Source: Neoechinorhynchus agilis (Eukaryota > Animalia > Acanthocephala). Taken from it: a stretch of DNA of 64,000 nucleotides. Made by a program: the position numbers and the translations under genes. Shown one piece after another: positions 44,901 through 54,520 of the stretch (positions are counted from its first letter, which is position 1; each line of letters starts with the position of its first letter). The notes under the pieces are model-generated. The model did no database searches. It was not told the DNA's origin and saw only the letters and a program-made list of their open reading frames with translations. The DNA is taken from NCBI GenBank assembly GCA_051530055.1, contig CM121341.1, positions 3,462,151 to 3,526,150 on the forward strand, written 5' to 3'.

Positions 44901-47900
44901 ATTCGTCCACCTGTTGAGGATCGTCCACATGTTCGTATTCGTCCACCTCTTCGGGTTCGTCAAACTGATCGTATTCGTCCACATGTTCGTATTCTTCCAC
45001 CTGTTCGGGTTCGTCCACATGTTCGTGTTAGTCCACCTGTTCGGGTTCGTCAATCTGAACGTATTCGTCAACCTGTTCGAATTTGTCCACCTGTTCGGGT
45101 TCGTCCACCTGTTCTTATTCATAGAACTGTTCGTATTCATGCACCTCTTCGTATTTGTCCACCTGTCCGGGTTCGTCAATCTGATCGTATTCGTCCACCT
45201 GTTCGAATTTGTCCACCTGTTCGGGTTCGTCCAACTGTTTTTATTCATAGACCTGTTCGTATTCATGCACCTCTTCGTATTTGTCCACCTGACCGGGTTC
45301 GTCAATCTGATCGTATTCGTCCACCTGTTCGAATTTGTCCACCTGTTCGGGTTCGTCCACCTGTTCTTATTAATTGACCTGTTCGTATTCATGCACTTCT
45401 TCGTATTTGTCCACCTGTCCGGGTTAGTCAATCTGATCGTATTCGTCCACCTGTTAGAATTTGTCTACCTGTTCGGGTTCGTCCACCTGTTCGGGTTCGT
45501 CGACCCTTTCGTATTCGTCCACCTGTTGAGGTTCGTCCACAAGTTCGTATTCGTCCACCTGATCGTATTCGTCCACCTCTTCGTATTTGTCCACCTGTTC
45601 CGTTTCGTCATTCTGATCGTACTCATCGACCCTTTCGTATTCGTCCACCTGTTCCTGTTCGTCGATTTGATCGTATTCATCGACCCTTTCGTATTCGTCC
45701 ACCTGTTCGTGTTAGTCCACCTGTTCCGGTTCGTCAATCTGATCGTATTCATCGACCCTTTAGTATTCGTCCACCTGTTCGTATTCGTCCACCTGTTCTT
45801 ATTCGTCCACCTGTTGAGGATCGTCCACATGTTCGTATTCGTCCACCTTGTCGGGTTCGTCAATCTGATCGTATTCGTCCACATGTTCGTATTCTTCAAC
45901 CTGTTCGTGTTAGTCCACCTGTTCCGGTTCGTCAATCTGATCGCATTCATCGACCCTTTCGTATTCGTCCACCTGTTCGTATTCGTCCACCTGTTGAGGA
46001 TCGTCCACATGTTCGTATTCGTCCACCACTTCGGGTTTGTCAATCTGATCGTATTCGTCCACATGTTCGTATTCTTCCACCAGTTCGGGTTCGTCCACAT
46101 GTTCGTGTTAGTCCACCTGTTCGGGTTCGTCAATCTGATCGTATTCATCGACCTGTTCCTATTCGCCACCTGTCTGTGTTCGTCCACCTGTTCTTATTCG
46201 TCCACCTGTTGAGGATCGTCCACATGTTCGTATTCGTCCACCTCTTCGGGTTCGTCAAACTGATCGTATTCGTCCACATGTTCGTATTCTTCCACCTGTT
46301 CGGGTTCGTCCACATGTTCGTGTTAGTCCACCTGTTCGGGTTCGTCAATCTGAACGTATTCGTCAACCTGTTCGAATTTGTCCACCTGTTCTTTTGTTTT
46401 ATTCATAGAACTGTTCGTATTCATGCACCTCTTCGTATTTGTCCACCTGTCCGGGTTCGTCAATCTGATCGTATTCGTCCACCTGTTCGATTTGTCCACC
46501 TGTTCGGGTTCGTCCAACTGTTTTTATTCATAGACCTGTTCGTATTCATGCACCTCTTCGTATTTGTCCACCTGTTCGGGTTCGTCCACTGTTCTTATTC
46601 ATTGACCTGTTCGTATTCATGCACCTCTTCGTATTTGTCCACCTGTCCGGGTTAGTCAATCTGATCGTATTCGTCCACCTGTTAGAATTTGTCTACCTGT
46701 TCGGGTTCGTCCACCTGTTCGGGTTCGTCGACCCTTTCGTATTCGTCCACCTGTTGAGGTTCGTCCACAAGTTCGTATTCGTCCACCTGATCGTATTCGT
46801 CCACCTCTTCGTATTTGTCCACCTGTTCCGTTTCGTCATTCTGATCGTACTCATCGACCCTTTCGTATTCGTCCACCTGTTCGTATTCGTCCACCTGTTC
46901 CGGTTCGTCGATTTGATCGTATTCATCGACCCTTTCGTATTCGTCCACCTGTTCGTGTTAGTCCACCTGTTCCGGTTCGTCAATCTGATCGTATTCATCG
47001 ACCCTTTAGTATTCGTCCACCTGTTCGTATTCGTCCACCTGTTCTTATTCGTCCACCTGTTGAGGATCGTCCACATGTTCGTATTCGTCCACCTTGTCGG
47101 GTTCGTCAATCTGATCGTATTCGTCCACATGTTCGTATTCTTCCACCTGTTCGGGTTCGTCCACCTGTTCGTGTTAGTCCAGCTGTTCCGGTTCGTCAAT
47201 CTGATCGCATTCATCGACCCTTTCGTATTCGTCCACCTGTTCGTATTCGTCCACCTGTTGAGGATCGTCCACATGTTCGTATTCGTCCACCACTTCGGGT
47301 TTGTCAATCTGATCGTATTCGTCCACATGTTCGTATTCTTCCACCAGTTCGGGTTCGTCCACATGTTCGTGTTAGTCCACCTGTTCGGGTTCGTCAATCT
47401 GATCGTATTCATCGACCTGTTCCTATTCGCCACCTGTCTGTGTTCGTCCACATGTTCGTATTCGTCCACATGTTCGTATTCTTCCACCTGTTCGCGTTCG
47501 TCCACCTGTTCCCGTTCGTCGATCTGATCGTATTCATCGACCCTTTCGTATTCGTCCACCTTTTCGTATTCGTCCATCTGTTGAGGTTCGTCCACCTGTT
47601 CGAATTTGTCCACCTGTCCAGGTTCGTCAATCTGATCGTATTCGTCCACCTGTTCGTATTCGTCCACCTGTTCGTATTCGTCCACCTGTTCGTGTTAGTC
47701 CACCTGTTCCGGTTCGTCAATCTGATCGTATTCATCGACCCTTTAGTATTCGCCCACCTGTTCGTATTCGTCCTTCTGTTCTTATTCGTCCACCTGTTGA
47801 GGATCGTCCACATGTTCGTATTTGTCCACCTGACCGGGTTCGTCAATCTGATCGTATTCATGCACCTCTTCGTATTTGTCCACCTGTCCGGGTTCGTCAA

Positions 47901-49862
47901 TCCGATCGTATTCGTCCACCTGTTAGAATTCGTCCACCTGTTAGAATTTGTCTACCTGTTCGGGTTCGTCCACCTGTTCGGGTTCGTCGACCCTTTCGTA
48001 TTCGTCCACCTCTTCGTATTTGTCCACCTGTTCCGTTTCGTCATTCTGATCGTATTCGTCCACCTGTTCGTATTCGTCCACCTGTTCCGGTTCGTCGATC
48101 TGATCGTATTCATCGACCATTTCGTATTCGTCCACCTGTTCGTGTTAGTCCACCTGTTCCGGTTCGTCAATCTGATCGTATTCATCTACCCTTTAGTATT
48201 CGTCCACCTGTTCGTATTCGTCCACCTGTTCAGGATCGTCCACATGTTCGTATTCGTCCACCTTGTCGGGTTCGTCAATCTGATCGTATTCGTCCACATG
48301 TTCGTATTCTTCAACCGGTTCGGGTTCGTCCACCTGTTCGTGTTAGTCCACCTGTTCCGGTTCGTCAATCTGATCGCATTCATCGACCCTTTCGTATTCG
48401 TCCACTTGTTCGTATTCGTCCACCTGTTGAGGATCGTCCACATGTTCGTATTCGTCCACCACTTCGGGTTTGTCAATCTGATCGTATTCGTCCACATGTT
48501 CGTATTCTTCCACCTGTTCGGGTTCGTCCACATGTTCGTGTTAGTCCACCTGTTCGGGTTCGTCAATCTGATCGTATTCATCGACCTGTTCCTATTCGCC
48601 ACCTGTCTGTGTTCGTCCACATGTTCGTATTCGTCCACATGTTCGTATTGTTCCACCTGTTCGGGTTCGTCCACCTGTTCCGGTTCGTCGATCTGATCGT
48701 ATTCATCGACCCTTTCGTATTCGTCCACCTTTTCGTATTCGTCCATCTGTTGAGGTTCGTCCACCTGTTCGAATTTGTCCACCTGTCCAGGTTCGTCAAT
48801 CTGATCGTATTCGTCCACCTGTTCGTGTTAGTCCACCTGTTCCGGTTCGTCAATCTGATCGTATTCATCGACCCTTTAGTATTCGGCCACCTGTTCGTAT
48901 TCGTCCCCCTGTTCTTATTCGTCCACCTGTTGAGGATCGTCCACATGTTCGTATTCGTCCACCTTGTCGGGTTCGTCAATCTGATCGTATTCGTCCACAT
49001 GTTCGTATTCTTCCACCTGTTCGGGTTCGTTCACCTGTTCCGGTTCGTCAATCTGATCGTATTCATCGACCCTTTCGTATTCGTCCACCTGTTCGTATTC
49101 GTCCACCTGTTCTTATTCGTCCACCTGTTCTGTTCTTATTCGTTCACCTGTTCTTATTCGTCCACCTGTTGAGGATCGTCCACATGTTCGTATTCGTCCA
49201 CCTCTTCGGGTTCGTCAATCTGATCGTATTCGTCCACATGTTCGTATTCGTCCACCTGTTCGGGTTCGTCCACCTGTTCTTATTCATAGATCTGTTCGTA
49301 TTCATGCACCTCTTCGTATTTGTCCGCCCGTCCGTGTTCGTCAATCTGATCGTATTCATCGACCCTTTGGTATTCGTCCACTTGTTCGTATTCGTACACC
49401 TGTTGAGGTTCGTACATATGTTCGTATTCGTCAACTTGTTCGGGTAAGTCATTCTGATCGTATTCATCGACCTGTTCCTATTCGTCAACTTGTCCGTGTT
49501 CGTTCACCTGTTCGAATTAATTCACCTGTTCGCATTCGTCCACCTGTTCGGGTTCGTCAACCTGATCGTATTCGTCCACATATTCGTATTCGTCCACCTG
49601 TTCAAGTTCGTCAATCTGATCGTATTCACCGACCCTTTCGTATTCGTCCACCTGTTCGTATTCGTCCACCTATCTGTGTTCGTCCACATGTTCGCATTCG
49701 TCCACCTGTTCGATTTCGTCAATCTGATCGTATTCGTCCACATATTTGTATTCGTCGACCTGTTCGGGTTCGCCATTCTGATCGTATTCACCGACCTGTT
49801 CCTATTCGTCCACCTGTCGGTGTTCGTCCACCTGTTCCTATTCGTCCTGCTTTCTTCGTCCA
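37830..49862. repeat. 18-bp-monomer complex minisatellite/satellite array 1 (~12 kb) with higher-order repeats
   Basis: Consensus TTCGTATTCGTCCACCTG. Diagnostic variants recur at ~252 bp and at ~1.2-2.0 kb intervals; monomers are more degenerate at the right edge. Confidence 0.97.
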
Positions 49863-49879
49863 AATCATCGTTTATATGA

Positions 49880-50340
49880 TTCTTTGGGTTCTTATAGGTA
49901 CTCGTGTTCAGAGTTGTTCAAAAGAAAGCTGTATAGCTGCAGAAAGCTTTATAGCGTTAAAATCCATGGAGGAATCAAAAGGTCGTGACGTCTTGCGCTT
50001 GAACGTCTAAATTAACATTTAATGAACCGGAGGATAGACCCGACCTCACAATCTCTCCTTCAAATTCGATTGTTCACGAAGACCAAAGATACATTGGTCG
50101 TTTTCTTTGTTGATTAACAGATAAACAAGTTATTATCCGTTCGAGTGGGAATATCCGGCCGGGGAATGTCGGTTCGCGTGTTGGTTGGTGGTTATTACTT
50201 GCAGGCGAGCTTGTAAGGTTGGTCTTTTCTCAGAATCATTTCAGGTTATGATATCCGAGAGAAGATTGGGCCGCATGGAAAAAGGAGCGTATGTTTAGGG
50301 AGGTGCGAGGTCAAAGTAGGACGAAACGAATTAGGAGACC
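49880..50340 (-). mobile_element. CR1/L2-group LINE 3' end fragment
   Basis: Matches 30080-30250 and 30505-30556 (GGGAATATCCGG, TTATGATATCCGAG, GGCCGCATGGAAAAAGGAGCGTA). Confidence 0.7.
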
Positions 50341-50976
50341 TTAACGCTCAATAGATTAGGGCTGTAAATAAGGTAGGAAAATATTGGGTTTTTCTTGGTT
50401 TGGGAAAAAGAAAAACCCTTTTTCGTTTAATCTCGTCTTCTGTGCGAGCATATTTACATACGGTTTCTGCTCTATATAGTAGATTTTACAAGATTCGAAT
50501 ATTTATTACAAAAATTCTAAAGCAAGATGAGATTTATATGCTTGAGCTGATCAAAATTTTCGACGTTTTTTCTCATTGGTTTAAACCAAAGTACAAAATA
50601 TGTAATTCTCGCTAAGAAGCGAAAAAAACCGATACAACAACAATAACGCTGTTTTTAAAAATTTGGGCATATAAAGGGGTTCGCAAAAATTCTATTATTT
50701 CTCTTTTCTAGAATTTGCCTACAAGGAGAACGTTATTGTTTTTCAACATTGTACAATTTTGAATGTAATATTCTTTTTTGAAGATATAAACATAATTATT
50801 CCCCGTCCTCGTCCTCAATTGTCGCCCGAATGCTTACAGCGTTGTCTCTCAACACGGCGATGCTGATATTTTGAACCAGGTATTGACTTGACCTTGCATC
50901 ACCGGTTATAACCTGAGGGCGTAAATAAAATATGCAAGCAATTTGCACCTTTAAAGTGAAATGATACGTTAAAAAG

Positions 50977-51077
50977 TTGCACGAATTGGATCATTACACC
51001 TTCAAAATGACGCACAAAATTCTCGACAAATTGCAAATCAAGGCTTTAATCATAAAGGGTTCAACAAAAATGCACAA
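50977..51077 (+). repeat. 113-bp tandem repeat, partial unit left of the CRE-like element
   Basis: TTGCACGAATT..GCACAAAAT..TTGCAAATCAAGG..ATAAAGGGTTCAAC matches the units at 53071-53270. Confidence 0.7.
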
Positions 51078-51079
51078 GT

Positions 51080-52960
51080 AAAAATCGGAGCTTCTCTCCT
51101 TCCCCGGCTATCGCTATCACGCTAGCAGCGCTGCCTCGTTGTACTGCAAGCGAGATATTTTGTCGCAGGAATACATCTGCTCGTGTGTCGCCGGTCATTT
51201 CTCTTAATTTCTTCGAGAGATCCTGGAGCAGAGAGAGTGCCGAGCTGCCAAGCGCTCCATACGTCTTTACTCCGAAGGGGACAAAATAGTGGGTCCTTGC
51301 TAATTCTCTCTATTTTCGTACCTTCCTCCCGTCCGCTGCACTGGCTGCACCTCCAGCGATTTCGAGAGAGTAGGGAATGTTGCTTACTGCGAGGGTGTCC
51401 ACACGCGTGGCATCCCAGGGAAGGCATTTGCCCTCCCGCCACCGAAAGACCGAAATTCCGTCAGGTCGAAGACCGTATAGTTGACAAAGATGGACAGGTT
51501 TCAAGATGTTGGGGAAGTTCGATGTTCTCAACACCGGAGAAATTATGCTATTGATCTCAGAATGGCGAGAAAACCTTCCTCCTGACTTTTTTCAAAAGAG
51601 ACCGTGTCGCCCGAAAGCTTCAACAAAAGACCCACATCGACATCGATGGGGCGCGCATATCGGGAGACCAAGTCTTAAAGACACTGCGATCCTCGTTACC
51701 TCATTAGTGAGAAGAGTTCCCACAGGTGCCAGAGGAACAGCTTCCAACCACGCCCCCGATTCTCGTGTCGAAATTGCCTTCAATCTGGCTCGGACGAACC
51801 CATCGCGAGAACCTGAAAATAGAGAGCTATGAGCTCTCGCGGCGAAAGGTATGTCATAGATAGACTGTCTGAGGCCATTCACTTGAATATGGTTAGCGCC
51901 TGTCTGCTGGCACCATTCTACAAGTGCCACCGCAAAGTCTTGTTCAAGGGAAAACTTTACCGTCTGAATTATCTTCGCTATCGGTTGAATCCCCTCATAC
52001 GATCCAAGAAAGACCGGCAAGGCAACGACTACCTGAGAAAGCGCATTTTCTATAATGAGAGAGCGTCCCCAGTTGTAAAGGTCATCATGTCCTTTAGGTT
52101 AGCCGTCAAGCCCATGACCCGAACCATTCGCAAAAGATGAGATGGCATTTTTTTACTCTGAAATATGAGTGGGTGTCCTGTCTTGTATGGGAGGTGGGTG
52201 TTTTGACCGGAGTATTTGTAGTGTCGCGTTGTCTCATTGTGCAAAATTGTCGGAAGATTACAATAACCGAACAGCCCCCCCGAACGTCTCCGTCCACAAG
52301 CTTTGAAGAAACACGTACAGTCAGGGATTGCTTTGAAAAACGGCAACGAAACCCTTTCTTCGTGCGTCCCTTTCTTACCTCGGGAATTTCATTTCGAAAT
52401 TATTAAATATCTGTTCGAAGGAGGCCACCCTTTCCTTGATTGTTGATGTCAAAGACACCCCAGAATCATCACTGGTGCAAAGGACTAAGCGCAGAACGAA
52501 GCAATCGTTGAGCAATCCCGTAAATGCTTTGACGACCTGATATCGTGCGCCCTTTGGGCTCCGTTTTAGTACGCTCCTGGGCATAACCCGTACGATATTA
52601 GGTATCGAAATAGAATCAGTGATGATCTGAGGGGTCTCAGGCACGAAAGTTTCGGTTGATTGTGGTGGAAAACCAGACCCACTACAGCGGAGATCCCGGG
52701 GACCATGGGCAAACAAAACCCCCAAATTAGTTAATTTAAAAGACTTACCGCAAACCGGACACAAACCAGTAGAGACGCGTGGGAGCCCGGCAGCGTTGGT
52801 CTTCTCAGGTTGAGCGTGATCGATAAGTGGCGCGTTCAAGGTGTTTGCGTCAGTAGCGTCGATTGTAGGCGATTTGAACGCATTTCGCGATATGTCTTTT
52901 TTGGCCGTGGAAAGCTCGTTTTCAAGGCTGGGCTGCGTTGAACTAGCAAAATTCATGAAG
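51080..52960 (-). mobile_element. most complete CRE-like non-LTR element in the window (zinc finger, partial RT, RLE), decayed and internally deleted
   Basis: CPVCGK..HGPRDLRCSGSG, LKRSPKGAR, LVDGDVRGAVRLL, GIQPIA, AISTRESGAWLEAVP..RIAVSLRLGLPICAPHRCRCG and RPDGISVFRWREGKCLPWDATRVDTLA. Confidence 0.85.
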
Positions 52961-53070
52961 GTTTAGTGAACCTTCGTTTGGTCGGACGGTACGATTTACC
53001 ACTGATCGGTCATCAAGTTTTGACTCACCAATAAGTCTCAAGGGGGACTGATAAAGTGTTAATTCGCACT

Positions 53071-53270
53071 GCACAAAATTGTCAGCATATTGCAAATCAA
53101 GGATTTAATAATAAAGGGTTAAACGATAATATATAAGTCAGTTTGGATTTGCACGAATTAGATCGTTAAACCTTCGAAATGATGCACAAAAGTGTCAACA
53201 CATTGCAAATCAAGGCTTCAATAATAATAAAGGGTTCAACGAAAATATATAAGCCAGTTTGGATTTGGAC
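53071..53270 (+). repeat. 113-bp tandem repeat, ~1.8 units right of the CRE-like element
   Basis: Units start at 53071 and 53184 (GCACAAAA..ATTGCAAATCAAGG..ATAAAGGGTT.AACGA.AATATATAAG.CAGTTTGGATTTG). Confidence 0.75.
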
Positions 53271-53430
53271 ATCTAATAAATTGCTGAGATACTGTGAAAC
53301 CACGAAAATTAGAAATCACCAATTGAAGAAAAAGGGACGCCAAATCCATCAAATTTAAAAGAAACCCTATGATAATTTGGCGAAAATTGCAATTTGAAAC
53401 AACGTTTTTGTAAACAACATAAGAATCAGG

Positions 53431-53797
53431 TCACTCTTTCGAGTCCTTACCTTTTAGCCGTCCACTTCGTCGTTTCGGTTGATCAGGTTTTTCCGACCTT
53501 ATTTCAGATTTCGCTAATTTGGGTTTTGGATAATGTTTGCGATAAATATCAGTATTGTCATGTTTTCGTTTAGAAGATCTCATCGTTTTCTTTCCTTCCA
53601 TTATGTTCTGATCATGTTCAATATCCGGTGCTTCTTGTTTTATCGTCTTCATTATTCTTTGTTTATATGGAACAAGTTCAATCTCCACTTCCGTAAAGTC
53701 GAAATTTAAAGCATCATCATCAATTACGTCGCATTCCATATTAAGGTCGCATCCGTCCCGTTGAACCCCTTGGAAGACCACCTCGTCTTCGCCTTCT
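53431..53797 (-). CDS. candidate terminal exon of an unknown (nuclear?) protein
   Basis: Stop-free frame EGEDEVVFQG..acidic..KPKLAKSE..PKRRSGRLKGK*, preceded by the AG acceptor-like TTATATTTAG. No homology recognised. Confidence 0.3.
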
Positions 53798-54107
53798 CTA
53801 AATATAACTGCACAACATTATTGTAGATTTTAATTTTTTGTTTAAATAAAGAAAGATGATATTCCACATTTAACAAACGGTAGCTACAAATTTATGCGAA
53901 AAACAAGCTATCAAAAATGAATCTTTCGAAAAACTTCAGTGACGATTTGATCGTTTATACAAGTTCGTCTTACAGATTGAAATTGAGAGCCACAGTGCAG
54001 GCAATTTTACTTAAAAAAACGCCCTCGGAATCTAGAAAATTTTAAGAAGTTCACTCTAAAATTCCAGAGGAGAAAATCTTTTTAGAATTTAGTTTTTGTT
54101 AGAACGT

Positions 54108-54290
54108 ACACAATAATCATTCATCACAGAGAAAATCCTTTGGGTTAATCAATGTAAACTTTTGGTGAGATATTTTGCGAGGTAACCTCGCCTACTTTAA
54201 CAATGAATGAGGAGGCGAGGTTACCTCCTTCGAAATATCTCAAATAAATCAAATAGGTTATGACCGGGATTATTTTAACCAAAAGCATAA
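54108..54290. mobile_element. degenerate foldback hammerhead element (subfamily 1)
   Basis: GAGATATTTTGCGAGGTAACCTCGCCT (minus motif), then TGAATGAGGAGGCGAGGTTACCTCCTTCGAAATATCTCAAATAAATCAAATAGGTTATGACCGGG (plus motif; tail as at 22110-22140). Confidence 0.7.
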
Positions 54291-54520
54291 AATAATCATG
54301 AGAACAAAAATTGACGCAGGAATGTGTGAACCAAATGATGTTATTTACGCCAAACACAGATTAATTTTTGTATATTTGTAAAATATTCCAAGCGAAAATC
54401 ACAGAATTTACCAGCTCATTAAATATTTTGCATTACTTACGTTCTTCTCTTCTTTTTAATTGTTTCACAACTTCCATGAGAATGGCTTCAGCGGAAGCCA
54501 ACACACACACCCCACCCACC

